Counted from the first letter of the stretch, positions 1-9,474 are shown. The stretch is DNA of 64,000 bases from Candidatus Woykebacteria bacterium (GCA_040876265.1 JBBDPN010000001.1:246208-310207), one strand, 5' to 3'. Translations and numbers: made by a program. The notes: a model not told the origin generated them from the sequence alone.

Positions 1-79
1 TCGCTTTGCGATTTGCTACCACACGTAGACTAAATCGAGGCGATTATAACACGCTGCCGTGTAAATTCAATGTTACCCC

Positions 80-1123
80 TCAATCTTCCCAATATCCGTA
101 ACGCAGCCTTCGGTAGGCTCTCCTAAGCCGCTCAGCGCTTCTGTAAGCGTAATATTTAGGAGAAAGTGGGTAATCCTGGGCCCGTAGGTAACTATACTTA
201 AACCCTCCAAAACCACGCTTGAAAAGACTAAAACCGTACCAAGGGTGGCCTGGGCGAAAATTTTTATCTTTGACTACCCCCCAAAAATTGTAATATTTGC
301 AGCCGCGGCGTTTGGCCTCTTTTATTGCCGCCCACTGTAGTGAGTACCCCACGGATTGAGCTTGCTCGGGATTAGAAGCGGCGTGAAGATAATAACCCAT
401 CTCTCCGTAAAACATAATCATTGCCATGGAGAGTATTGTGTTGCCCTTCTTAGCGATAAATATTTTTTCCTGACTGTCTATGGAAAATACGGAAAATTGC
501 TTTATGTAGTAATCTTTTGGATGATTTACGAACTCTTTTCGGTCTGCGGTGGAGTAAAGTAAATCGACAAATTTCTCGATGTCCCCGGATTTATCCGAAA
601 TTTCGATTTTCACTCCTTGTTTTGGTTCATTTCTAATTAAATAGCGAGTGGTCTTGCGCATATCCGCCAAAAGCTGCTCTTCCGGTTTCTCCAAAGGAAG
701 TAACCAGGCGTCCTCTACTTGCACAAACGTGACAGCTGGTTGAAATCCTAATTTGGAAAAGATTTTTCTGTTATCTGTTGTTTCTTCAAGAAGTGGGTCA
801 AGTTTTATAAAAATGCAATTTTCTTCCGTACCAATTTTCTTTAATTCCTCAGAAATCGCTTCAAAAAGACTCACACCTTCCCAATTTAATAGCGGACCTC
901 GAGGGCAATAAAGGTAATTTCCAAATTTGGTTTCATACTTTACCATCAAGCAGATCGCGGCTAACTTGCCTTTTTCAAATGCCCCAAGCCGCCAAATTTT
1001 TCGGCCAAATCGTTTATTAAACTCTCCCCAATTCCAGGATTGCAGGAAAGTGTTTGGTGAAGCGGATAGTGAGAAATTTTCCCAGGAGTTTTTACTTTGC
1101 ACCTCTTTGATTTCGTAAGTCAT
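80..1123 (-). CDS. FemAB/FemX-family peptidoglycan bridge aminoacyltransferase
   Basis: FLQSWNWGEF, YCPRGP, LQWAAIKEAKRRGCKYYNFWG and FKRGFGG motifs typical of the FemAB family. Confidence 0.9.
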   Translation of the reverse strand: MTYEIKEVQSKNSWENFSLSASPNTFLQSWNWGEFNKRFGRKIWRLGAFEKGKLAAICLMVKYETKFGNYLYCPRGPLLNWEGVSLFEAISEELKKIGTEENCIFIKLDPLLEETTDNRKIFSKLGFQPAVTFVQVEDAWLLPLEKPEEQLLADMRKTTRYLIRNEPKQGVKIEISDKSGDIEKFVDLLYSTADRKEFVNHPKDYYIKQFSVFSIDSQEKIFIAKKGNTILSMAMIMFYGEMGYYLHAASNPEQAQSVGYSLQWAAIKEAKRRGCKYYNFWGVVKDKNFRPGHPWYGFSLFKRGFGGFKYSYLRAQDYPLSPKYYAYRSAERLRRAYRRLRYGYWED

Positions 1124-1137
1124 GAGTTCAAAAATTT

Positions 1138-2334
1138 TTAATGAAAATTGTTTACAAATTCCACTATTTTCCTCGACTCCTCAAGGTCCATTCCCAAATG
1201 ATTTGGCAAGTTAATAGTTTGCTCAGCCGTAGTTTCGGCTACTGGGCAGTCTCCCATTTTGTAACCAAGTCTGCCTTCGTCTACTCCTTTTGGATAAACC
1301 GGAGTGTTGTACCAGTTTCCAAACCAAAACTTTCGCTTTTTAGCCTCGGAAAGCACTCTTGTGGCTTCTTTGTGCAGAGCTACCACTCTCAAATAGACTC
1401 CTTCGTGAGAGGAGAGCAACTTAAAGTCCGGATTTGAAACGTTCTCTAAATAAAATTCAGCAATTTTACGTCTGTTACTGTTGTATTTTTCCAAATTTTC
1501 AAACTCATCTGCGGCAATTTGGGCAAAAATGTTGGTCATACTTGCCGGGTACCAATTTGGTCTTTCGCCTATCTTTTCTTTTTTTGAAGTAACGACATTG
1601 AAAAAATCATATTTATTTAAGTTCTTAATTAGCTTTTCTCCGGGACCTCGAAAGTAAATCTTACGCAGTAGTAACCTCCAAGCAAAGAAATTGAAAAATT
1701 CCCCACCAGTTCGCGCGATTGGTAAGTTAGGAAGTTGAGAGGTTACTTTTATAACAGGCCTTAAAAGTTTAGTAGTTTTTACGAGAATCGCGCCACCGGC
1801 AAGAGAAGAGATCACTTTCTCTCTACCGAAAGAAACTATAGCTGCGTCACCAAAGGTACCGAGTTTCCTACCATTGTGTTTGCCGCCAAGGGCGTGAGCG
1901 CAATCTTCCAAAACCAACAAGTCGTGTTTTTTTGCAATTTCAAGTATTTCTTCTATGGGACCTGGCCTACCCATCGTGTGTTGAAGTATGACCGCACGGG
2001 TTTTACCAGAGATTTTTTTCTCTACCTCTGCCGGATCCACGTTTAAAGTATCCGATTTTATATCAGCGTAAATTGGTGTTGCCTCGGTCCAAACGACTGG
2101 ATTGGGAACGGCATTACAAGTGTAAGCCTGGATAATTACCTCATCTCCCTTGCCTATTTCCGCCGCTTTCAGAAAGAGATAAATAGCACTTCGGCCGCTA
2201 TTTACCGGGAAAACCCGAAGTGAAAAATACTGTTCCAAGATTTCTTTTAGTTTTTCGGTCGGTTCCAGAGCGCCCTCGGCATGCGGCTTGAAAGCATTTT
2301 TTAAAATATTTTTGAGGATTTGGGTTTTGGCCAT
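1138..2334 (-). CDS. DegT/DnrJ/EryC1/StrS PLP-dependent aminotransferase
   Basis: NSGRSA, LEDCAHALG, SFGREK (PLP lysine region), CPVAE..INLP. Confidence 0.9.
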   Translation of the reverse strand: MAKTQILKNILKNAFKPHAEGALEPTEKLKEILEQYFSLRVFPVNSGRSAIYLFLKAAEIGKGDEVIIQAYTCNAVPNPVVWTEATPIYADIKSDTLNVDPAEVEKKISGKTRAVILQHTMGRPGPIEEILEIAKKHDLLVLEDCAHALGGKHNGRKLGTFGDAAIVSFGREKVISSLAGGAILVKTTKLLRPVIKVTSQLPNLPIARTGGEFFNFFAWRLLLRKIYFRGPGEKLIKNLNKYDFFNVVTSKKEKIGERPNWYPASMTNIFAQIAADEFENLEKYNSNRRKIAEFYLENVSNPDFKLLSSHEGVYLRVVALHKEATRVLSEAKKRKFWFGNWYNTPVYPKGVDEGRLGYKMGDCPVAETTAEQTINLPNHLGMDLEESRKIVEFVNNFH

Positions 2335-2387
2335 TTGAGATTAGATTTGAGAATTATGATAGCACAAAATGGCGTTCAAGGAGAATT

Positions 2388-2461
2388 TGGCTGCCGGGCT
2401 AGGATTCGAACCTAGATAAACGGGTCCAGAACCCGTTGTCCTACCATTAGACGACCCGGCA
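2388..2461 (-). tRNA. tRNA-Gln(CTG)
   Basis: Cloverleaf on minus strand, GTTCGAAT T-loop, anticodon loop TTCTGGA, encoded CCA. Confidence 0.95.
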
Positions 2462-2467
2462 CTGTCC

Positions 2468-2541
2468 TGGCTGGGGAACCAGGATTCGAACCTGGACTAA
2501 CGGCTTCAAAGGCCGCTGTGCTACCATTACACAATTCCCCA
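2468..2541 (-). tRNA. tRNA-Gln(TTG)
   Basis: Cloverleaf, anticodon loop CTTTGAA, encoded CCA. Confidence 0.95.
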
Positions 2542-2582
2542 TTGTTTTGATTGGCTTGCCAACCGAAGCTTTATGCGAAGGT

Positions 2583-2657
2583 TGGTCGGGGTGACACGAA
2601 TCGAACGTGCGACCTCACGCTCCCAAAGCGCGCGCTCTGCCCCTGAGCTACACCCCG
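2583..2657 (-). tRNA. tRNA-Pro(TGG)
   Basis: CGGGGTG acceptor stem, anticodon loop TTTGGGA, encoded CCA. Confidence 0.95.
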
Positions 2658-2660
2658 AAG

Positions 2661-2747
<87 letters not shown>

Positions 2748-2925
2748 AAATGAACCCAGTTATTCTACCAAACCTACGGTCTATTTTCAATTTAAATGAG
2801 AGCTGGTAAATAGTGGTTCGAAAATTTTCAACTAAGTCCAACCAACCTTATATTGACTGTCATAACAAGAAAAACGGCTCATTTCTGAGTCGCTTTTCTT
2901 TTGCTTAAGTATCAAATCAAAGGTT

Positions 2926-3066
2926 TTAGCCTCCGATTTTAAACATCTTCGTTCCGCAGACAGGACAAGTACCCTTCAAGGCTTTTCTACCATTTTTCAT
3001 GGTTACTTGCTCTGGACTTGAAACTTCCCGCTTAGTTTTACACTTAACGCAGTACGCAGTCGACAT
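2926..3066 (-). CDS. Small Zn-ribbon protein, DUF5679-like (46 aa; absent from ORF track)
   Basis: Hand translation MSTAYCVKCKTKREVSSPEQVTMKNGRKALKGTCPVCGTKMFKIGG; strong SD AAGGAGGTG upstream. Confidence 0.85.
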   Translation of the reverse strand: MSTAYCVKCKTKREVSSPEQVTMKNGRKALKGTCPVCGTKMFKIGG

Positions 3067-3216
3067 ATTTCCGCTAGCACCTCCTTCCACATGTAAATAT
3101 TTTAACTTTCTTGTCTATTATCTTTAATCACAGCTGCTGTGTCAAACCCTTAACCAAAGCTAACTTCCTTCATTGAATTGACGTACGTAATATTCATTAT
3201 AATATAATTAAACTAA

Positions 3217-3627
3217 ATGAAATCTGATGAGGAACTACTAAGAAGTTTCAAACTTTATATTGGTGAAGATGACATTGCTTACTTGGAATTCCTTGGAGCA
3301 CAGGATGTCCCAGAAAACAATATCCGCCAAGCCGAGCTAATTCGTGACGGGTTGACTAAACTCTTAGAGGAGTCTCCGGAAAGAGACTACAACATGCTGA
3401 TTGATCTTACTGCCACGTCTGTGGTGACAAACATTCCAGATCGTTCAAAAGAGATATACGCGAAATCCCCTGTCTTTAAAAAGATGTACAAAATTGCAGT
3501 CGTCACCCCAAGCCTACTTTTAAAAATATTAACCTCCGCGGTTTCGCTCATTGGTGGCAAATACGAGGGTATAAAATCGTTTGATAACCGAGAAGAAGCG
3601 TTGGGTTGGCTAAAACCTGGCAAATAG
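3217..3627 (+). CDS. STAS/SEC14 (SpoIIAA-like) domain protein
   Basis: LIDLT, KIAVV and C-terminal FDNREEALGWL pattern. Confidence 0.7.
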   Translation: MKSDEELLRSFKLYIGEDDIAYLEFLGAQDVPENNIRQAELIRDGLTKLLEESPERDYNMLIDLTATSVVTNIPDRSKEIYAKSPVFKKMYKIAVVTPSLLLKILTSAVSLIGGKYEGIKSFDNREEALGWLKPGK

Positions 3628-3628
3628 C

Positions 3629-4042
3629 TCATTTTTCTTTGTTTGGGTTGAGGGAAACGCAGTTTACACAGTATCTTTTTCCCGTTGCCTGTTTGCCGCC
3701 AGGTAAAGTTTTCGGCCCGTCATCGAAAACATGGCCCAGGTGAGCCCCGCATTTGCCGCAAGTTATCTCTGTTCGACTAATACCCAAACTTTTATCCTGA
3801 GCATATTCAACCGCGCTAGGAGTAATTGGTCCATAAAAACTCGGCCAGCCAGTACCGCTTTCGAATTTCGCCTCTTCCGAAAACAGCTCATTACCACACA
3901 CATTGCAACGATAAATCCCGTCTTTAGCAGGATCTAGAGTTTTTGAAAATGGAGCCTCCGTACCTTTCTCAAAGGCTATATGATACAGCTGTGGATCCAG
4001 TTTCCTTTTCAACTCGGCATCGCTTTTTGAAATTTTTTTCAT
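3629..4042 (-). CDS. msrB: Peptide-methionine (R)-S-oxide reductase
   Basis: GTEAPF, KFESGTGWPSF, HLGHVFDDGP, RYCVN. Confidence 0.97.
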   Translation of the reverse strand: MKKISKSDAELKRKLDPQLYHIAFEKGTEAPFSKTLDPAKDGIYRCNVCGNELFSEEAKFESGTGWPSFYGPITPSAVEYAQDKSLGISRTEITCGKCGAHLGHVFDDGPKTLPGGKQATGKRYCVNCVSLNPNKEK

Positions 4043-4109
4043 ATCCTAAATATATATTGACACGGGAAATGTGTTTGTTCAATAACTTTTAAAAATCTAT
4101 AATGAACCT

Positions 4110-4751
4110 ATGGACTTCATTCGCGCCAACAAAGCAGCCAGTTGGTTATTTTTAGGGTTTTTAACCGCACTCCTCCTATTAACTGCATTGGTTGCGGTAG
4201 GTGAGACAGAGACTTTTGATTATAACGCACTTTCCTACGTGACCAATATAGACTCCTACCCGCTCAGCTGGTTTATGATTTTTATTTCCAGTTTTGGCGA
4301 CGGGTTTTTCCCTATAATCTTCTTCTTCGCTTTTGCCTTTGCTCTACTGCTCAAGGGTTATAAGCGGCAATCTTACTTCTCTTTTTTAACATGGATCGGC
4401 CCGCTAATATCTTTTATTCTAAAGATAGTCGTTGCCCGACCACGACCAGAAGGTTTTTTAGACGCAAATTACTTTCTACTTGCTGATTTTGGTTACCCCA
4501 GTGGTCACGTTGTCTTTTATACAGTTTTCTTTGGCTTGGTTTTTCTTTACGCTCTTAGCCTACCCAAAATAGCTAGATTTGGAAGAATACTACTTAGTGC
4601 TGTCTCGCTAAGTTTAATTTTTTTAATTGGATTTTCTCGAATTTTTTTGGGAGTTCACTACCCTACCGATGTAATTGGTGGTTACCTATTGGGGTTTATC
4701 GTCTGGTTTATGCTTGCAATCGCTTATAAAAAATTCATTTACCTAGAATAA
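4110..4751 (+). CDS. PAP2-family membrane phosphatase
   Basis: K-x6-RP, YPSGH, SRIFLGVHYPTDVIGG. Confidence 0.93.
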   Translation: MDFIRANKAASWLFLGFLTALLLLTALVAVGETETFDYNALSYVTNIDSYPLSWFMIFISSFGDGFFPIIFFFAFAFALLLKGYKRQSYFSFLTWIGPLISFILKIVVARPRPEGFLDANYFLLADFGYPSGHVVFYTVFFGLVFLYALSLPKIARFGRILLSAVSLSLIFLIGFSRIFLGVHYPTDVIGGYLLGFIVWFMLAIAYKKFIYLE

Positions 4752-5111
4752 GTGCGGGATAAAAAGTATCAACCCAACAATTGCCGCGAAAAAGGACATC
4801 AGTAGCACGGCGGCAGCAGAAACATCTTTTGCCAGCCCGGCATCTGGTATCAATTTTTCCTTTACGGCTAGATCAACAACGACCTCGATAACGGTGTTTA
4901 GTAGTTCGGCAGTTAACACTAAAGCGATAGTGATAATGAGGATCAACCATTCAAAACGGCTAAAACCAAGTACCAAGGCTAGAAACACGGCAATAATCCC
5001 AATTATTGCTTGGCTTTGAAAGTTTTTTTGATGAATCAGCGCGTGAATTAAACCTTGGTGAGCTGCTTTAAAACTACTCAATCTTGTTTTGTTATTATTT
5101 TTTCCAATCAT
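4743..5111 (-). CDS. dgkA: Diacylglycerol/undecaprenol kinase (start reassigned to ATG 5111)
   Basis: SFKAAHQG, AELLNTVIEVVVD, AKDVSAAAVL; the longer ORF-track start overlaps a tRNA. Confidence 0.9.
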   Translation of the reverse strand: MIGKNNNKTRLSSFKAAHQGLIHALIHQKNFQSQAIIGIIAVFLALVLGFSRFEWLILIITIALVLTAELLNTVIEVVVDLAVKEKLIPDAGLAKDVSAAAVLLMSFFAAIVGLILFIPHLF

Positions 5112-5169
5112 TTTCCCTATTATACTACCAAATAATGCGCAATTTTGGTAAAATAGCTTTTCTACGAGC

Positions 5170-5256
5170 GCGGACGTGGCGGAATCGGTAGACGCGCAGC
5201 CTTGAGGAGGCTGTGGGAGCAATCCTGTGGAGGTTCAAGTCCTCTCGTCCGCACCA
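5170..5256 (+). tRNA. tRNA-Leu(GAG)
   Basis: Long variable arm, anticodon loop TTGAGGA, CCA. Confidence 0.95.
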
Positions 5257-5257
5257 G

Positions 5258-5334
5258 GGACGGTTAGCTCAGTTGGCCAGAGCGCCTCGTTTACACCGAG
5301 GAGGTCGCAGGTTCAAGTCCTGCACCGTCCACCA
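5258..5334 (+). tRNA. tRNA-Val(TAC)
   Basis: Anticodon loop TTTACAC, GGTTCAAGTCC T-arm, CCA. Confidence 0.95.
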
Positions 5335-5335
5335 C

Positions 5336-5410
5336 GCCGGGATAGCTCAGTGGTAGAGCGTCCGCCTGAAGAGCGGAGCGTGGGCGGTTCGATTCCGTCT
5401 CCCGGCACCA
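5336..5410 (+). tRNA. tRNA-Phe(GAA)
   Basis: Anticodon loop CTGAAGA, CCA. Confidence 0.95.
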
Positions 5411-5417
5411 CCAATTT

Positions 5418-5801
5418 ATGGGTAGGGTGATTAGAAACACTTACATAGTCGCAGCTCCAGTCCAAAAAGTTTGGCGCGCTCTTGTAGATCCCGAGGAAAT
5501 TGCTGGCTGGGGTGCTGGACCAGCGGTGATGAGCGAGCAAAAGGATGTAGAATTCAAGCTTTGGGGTGGTGATATTTACGGCAGAAATACTCAAGTTGTT
5601 AAAAATAAAAAAATCACTCAAGATTGGTACGCCGGTGACTGGAAACATCCTTCAAAAGTAACCATTGAGTTGGCATCTCAACAAGACAAAACTAAAGTAA
5701 CCCTCCATCAGGAAAACGTCCCTGAAGATGAATTTAAAGAAATCAATGACGGGTGGGATCGGTACTATTTTGGTGAAATAAAGAAGTATCTTGAGGACTA
5801 A
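5418..5801 (+). CDS. SRPBCC/AHSA1-like domain protein
   Basis: APVQKVWRALVDPE..W, KITQDW, TKVTLHQENVP, GWDRYY. Confidence 0.85.
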   Translation: MGRVIRNTYIVAAPVQKVWRALVDPEEIAGWGAGPAVMSEQKDVEFKLWGGDIYGRNTQVVKNKKITQDWYAGDWKHPSKVTIELASQQDKTKVTLHQENVPEDEFKEINDGWDRYYFGEIKKYLED

Positions 5802-5802
5802 A

Positions 5803-6489
5803 TCATTTTTTTGCTTCAATAGTCCTTTCCACTTCCCTCCTTGCTTTATAAAATTTAAGCAGGATGTAAGTGATTAGGCTACCCAGGGTCATACCGGCAA
5901 GATTGAAGATAAAAACCAGAAGATAAAAATTTATCAACCTCTGATCGCCAGAGCTGAGTGAGATACCTACCAAAGATAGGGGTGGCGTCAAGGAGACTGC
6001 TATGGCAATTCCCGGCAATACATCGGTCAAGTCTTTATGAGCCCAAGCTAAAGTAGCAGCTATACCTGAGGAAAGAGCTACAAAAGAGTAGAGAACAAAA
6101 ATTCGGGTTGGATCGCCCTCGAGCAGAAATTTTAACTGCCCAACGCCCACAGCCTGGGCTAAAATCCAGGATATCAAAAGAACAACCAAAAACGAAATCA
6201 CCATTAAAAATCCAGCTTTTCTAATTGCTTTTGATTCTACGATAGAAAGCCCAAGTGCGAAGAGAAGAACAGGTGTCATCACTGGAGTAACCAACATACC
6301 ACCGATAACAATCGGGTTGTTGCCTAGCAGGAGGCCAGCTGAAATAATTACTGCGGAAAGGATAAGGAGGGTGTAATAAATTGAATTTGGCTGACTTTTG
6401 GATATTAATTCATCGACAGTGTGATATTGTTCGGATTTATCAACCTTTAGGACATTCCCACTGTCGCGTCTTCCTATGGAGAGAAACAT
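5803..6489 (-). CDS. DUF389-family membrane protein
   Basis: IVIGGMLVTPVMTP, LPGIAIAVSLTPPL. Confidence 0.85.
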   Translation of the reverse strand: MFLSIGRRDSGNVLKVDKSEQYHTVDELISKSQPNSIYYTLLILSAVIISAGLLLGNNPIVIGGMLVTPVMTPVLLFALGLSIVESKAIRKAGFLMVISFLVVLLISWILAQAVGVGQLKFLLEGDPTRIFVLYSFVALSSGIAATLAWAHKDLTDVLPGIAIAVSLTPPLSLVGISLSSGDQRLINFYLLVFIFNLAGMTLGSLITYILLKFYKARREVERTIEAKK

Positions 6490-6591
6490 AAATTTATTAT
6501 AAAGTTACCTTGTTAAAAATTCCACCGCCCCTCACTTGACTGCTTGAAGTTTAGCTATTATTTTTGATAGACTTCAAAAACCTGAGAGGAG

Positions 6592-6798
6592 GTGGTAGTA
6601 ATGACTTACTCCTTTACATGTGAACAAGGACACGAACCAAAGACCTTTACAGTTGACGCCGAGAATGAAGATGAGGCTGTACAGAAACTTCTCGAACAGA
6701 CCGGTCCACACGTAGCCGAAGCTCACCCTGATATGGCAAATATGTCCCCAGCGGAAGCGGAACAGATGATAAGAAACGGCATGAAGGCTGAAGGTTAG
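6592..6798 (+). CDS. Small putative metal-binding protein (DUF1059-like)
   Basis: FTC..H..FTVDAENEDEAV...H..EAH pattern; SD GAGGAGGTG, so the true start may be ATG 6601. Confidence 0.6.
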   Translation: MVVMTYSFTCEQGHEPKTFTVDAENEDEAVQKLLEQTGPHVAEAHPDMANMSPAEAEQMIRNGMKAEG

Positions 6799-6825
6799 TT
6801 AGAGTTTCCGAATAGATTTTAAAGA

Positions 6826-6853
6826 GAAGCGGTCCAGCCCAGGACCGCTTTTC
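6826..6853 (+). terminator. Intrinsic terminator
   Basis: AAGCGGTCC/GGACCGCTT stem followed by a T-run. Confidence 0.75.
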
Positions 6854-6871
6854 ATCTTAGCACTCTGCTGT

Positions 6872-7141
6872 TTAGCTAAAAATAGAGGTTTGATCAAAAG
6901 CTCCAGATAAAAGACTCCAGACTACGAACCCAATCACAACCAAATAAAGAACACCCATTAAGAACCACAAAAATTTATCAAAAACTTTAGCTAAAGGACC
7001 TGGTTGGTTTATTATTTGAGGTGTTTCAGCGGACTGTGGTGAAGATACAGCTAAGTTTTGGCCAACATAGATACGATCATAGGGACACCAATAAGTATTA
7101 CTTACTCGTGTTACAGTACTACCACACACCGGGCAGTTCAT
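6872..7141 (-). CDS. Hypothetical protein, N-terminal Zn-ribbon plus C-terminal TM helix
   Basis: CPVC...WCPYD; hydrophobic C-terminal segment. Confidence 0.6.
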   Translation of the reverse strand: MNCPVCGSTVTRVSNTYWCPYDRIYVGQNLAVSSPQSAETPQIINQPGPLAKVFDKFLWFLMGVLYLVVIGFVVWSLLSGAFDQTSIFS

Positions 7142-7208
7142 AACACTATTTTACGTCGATTTCCAATCGATGTAAAACATCTTCTTATAGATATTCTATT
7201 TAGTATAA

Positions 7209-7295
7209 TGGTGGGGACGGTGGGAATCGAACCCACACGAGCTTTTAGCTCCCAGGATTTTAAGTCCTGTGCGTCTACCGTTCCGCCACATCCCC
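7209..7295 (-). tRNA. tRNA-Leu(TAA)
   Basis: Long variable arm, anticodon loop CTTAAAA, CCA. Confidence 0.93.
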
Positions 7296-7515
7296 AGTTG
7301 GCTAAAGCCGTAGCGTATCCTTAGCAACTCTAGTTGTGCAGGATCTGAAAGGGTACTTAGCTCACAAAGTGGTCGCAAATCGCTGAAGCGATTTATTTTC
7401 AACACCCCTGCAAATTGACTTTCGGATTATACCAATTCTAGGTTTGCTCGGCAACCGTTTCTGTACCCAAATTCCCGGCTCGATATATTGCACAGTTGTA
7501 TATATAATGTATTTA

Positions 7516-8085
7516 ATGGACCAGCGTAGAATTATCCTGCTACCAGCGGGCGGGGCTTTGGTGTTCTTAGTGTTAGTCTTCGGAGTCCTTTTCTTTACTG
7601 GAGGCGCTGGTGGTGGTCGTAGTGATGAACAAGAACAGGAAATAGTTGAGCAACAGAAAAATAGCTTGATTAGTGCAAACGATAAAGATGGTGATACCAT
7701 CCCGGATAACATTGATCAATTTCCCCTTGATCACGATAATGACGGAATAAGTGACAACAAAGATCAAGATCATGACAACGACGGAATTGTCAATTCTAGC
7801 GATGCCAGCCCGTTTGATCACGATAATGACGGGATCCTTGATGGGTTGGATACAGATGATGATAACGACGGTGTCCCAGATAGCGTGGATAAAAATCCAA
7901 AGGACTATGACAATGACGGGATTCCAGATTCCCAAGATCCAGACGGTGATAATGACGGTGTCCCAGATGGGGAAGACGACACTCCACAGGGTGACGGTTC
8001 TGGAAATGGTGGGGATGGTGGTGACGATGGTTCCTCAGGTGGCTCTTCAGGCGGCTCATCCGACCAACCACTTAGGATTCCTTAA
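7516..8085 (+). CDS. Membrane-anchored Ca-binding thrombospondin type-3-like repeat protein
   Basis: N-terminal TM, repeated D-x-D-N-D-G-(I/V)-x-D units, Gly/Ser tail; TATAAT 7 nt before ATG 7516. Confidence 0.8.
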   Translation: MDQRRIILLPAGGALVFLVLVFGVLFFTGGAGGGRSDEQEQEIVEQQKNSLISANDKDGDTIPDNIDQFPLDHDNDGISDNKDQDHDNDGIVNSSDASPFDHDNDGILDGLDTDDDNDGVPDSVDKNPKDYDNDGIPDSQDPDGDNDGVPDGEDDTPQGDGSGNGGDGGDDGSSGGSSGGSSDQPLRIP

Positions 8086-8092
8086 TTAATCT

Positions 8093-8809
8093 ATGTTCAG
8101 CTCCCTTTATAGTCTTTGGTTGGAGGTTCTTTATAAACCAATATACAACTTAGTAATAATTACTTATAACCTTACCCCTGGACCCAGTTTTGGGTTGGCT
8201 ATAATTGGTTTGGCACTACTTATAAGGTTTGTATTCCTTTACTTTACTCTTTTGGGCTTCAGGCATGAAGAACAGCTGGGGAGTGTCCAGCCCACTATTG
8301 CGAAAATCGAAAATGACAAGACCCTAAGTAGTCGGGAAAAACTAGGTAAGGTTTCGGCGGTTACTAAACCTTTTGGGATAAACCCGTTCCTTACGTCGCT
8401 GCCTCTTTTTGCCCAAATAATTTTCTTAGGAGTTCTCTACCAAATTATTCAGGTGGGTATATATAGTAATGGTTTTTCTAATCTATATGGCTTTGTGAGC
8501 CATCCCCAACAAATCAATACCTATTTTCTTGGTACTAACCTGGCAAATCCAAATATATTATTGGCTTTAGTCGCCGCCGGAGTACTTTTTTTGGAAAGAA
8601 TCTGGGAATACAATCAAAAAAAAGAAATTGGGCAGAGTTTCTCCCAAAAATGGGACCCGTTGATTTGGCCTCTTGGGACGTTTATAATCTTACTCATACT
8701 ACCTAGCGCGAAAGCGATATTTGCCATGACATCAGTTGCTTTTTCATTTATTATAAAGAGTATTATTCATTTAAGTAGGTCTAAGCCAGAAAAAGTGGCG
8801 GTAAGGTGA
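8093..8809 (+). CDS. yidC: YidC/Oxa1-family membrane insertase (short form)
   Basis: FGLAIIGLALLIR, GINPF..LP..AQII.L..LY, FLGTNLANP. Confidence 0.75.
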   Translation: MFSSLYSLWLEVLYKPIYNLVIITYNLTPGPSFGLAIIGLALLIRFVFLYFTLLGFRHEEQLGSVQPTIAKIENDKTLSSREKLGKVSAVTKPFGINPFLTSLPLFAQIIFLGVLYQIIQVGIYSNGFSNLYGFVSHPQQINTYFLGTNLANPNILLALVAAGVLFLERIWEYNQKKEIGQSFSQKWDPLIWPLGTFIILLILPSAKAIFAMTSVAFSFIIKSIIHLSRSKPEKVAVR

Positions 8810-8818
8810 ACTATATAA

Positions 8819-9388
8819 ATGGCATCATTTGATCAACTAGTAATTTCCTTCCTGGTCGACGAGGTTGCTGGGGGGTTTTTTGCAGATGTTCCCCCAGGGC
8901 ACGTCGCGACCGTATATGACCGTGGTCGTGGGGTTCTGAATAAAACTTGGGGACCTGGGTTGCACTTCAAATTACCGTTCTGGCAAAAAGCAAAAATATT
9001 CAATGCCCAGACTCTCGAATATACCATTAGGGAGGGCTTTAACGCTGACAACCACAAAGAGGTGCTCGGGGATGACCCTATTAGCGCTGTTACGGCTGAT
9101 AACATTAACCTCCAAATAAAGGGGACAATCTTGGTGAGAGTAAACAAAAATAACGTTGTCTCTTTGTGGGAAAATATTGGCGAGGATTTTGTTTCAAAAA
9201 TAGTACGACCAGTTTCCAGAAGCAGAATACGTGGTGTGATATCGCAAGTAACTTTTAATCAAATTAATAGCCATCGACATGATGTCGAAGGCAAGATGAA
9301 GGAAATGCTCGAGAGTGAATTTGCTCCAAAGGGTTTGATAGTTGAAAACGTGTTGCTTTCGGATGTAAACCCCGCTCCAACTAATTAG
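8819..9388 (+). CDS. SPFH/prohibitin (Band 7) family protein
   Basis: GPGLHFKLPF.Q, IVRPVSRSRIR, GLIVENVLLSDV. Confidence 0.85.
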   Translation: MASFDQLVISFLVDEVAGGFFADVPPGHVATVYDRGRGVLNKTWGPGLHFKLPFWQKAKIFNAQTLEYTIREGFNADNHKEVLGDDPISAVTADNINLQIKGTILVRVNKNNVVSLWENIGEDFVSKIVRPVSRSRIRGVISQVTFNQINSHRHDVEGKMKEMLESEFAPKGLIVENVLLSDVNPAPTN

Positions 9389-9394
9389 AACACG

Positions 9395-9471
9395 TGGGGT
9401 GGCTGACGGGACTTGAACCCGCGACATCCGGCTCCACAAGCCAGCGCTCTACCAACTGAGCTACAGCCACC
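9395..9471 (-). tRNA. tRNA-His(GTG)
   Basis: Anticodon loop TTGTGGA, G-1, CCA. Confidence 0.95.
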
Positions 9472-9474
9472 ATG

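Noticed and set aside
7681-7980. Periodic GAYAAYGAYGG repeats as a possible CRISPR or DNA repeat array
   Set aside because: They are in-frame codons for DxDNDG Ca-binding repeats with synonymous variation; there is no constant repeat/spacer structure and no cas genes.
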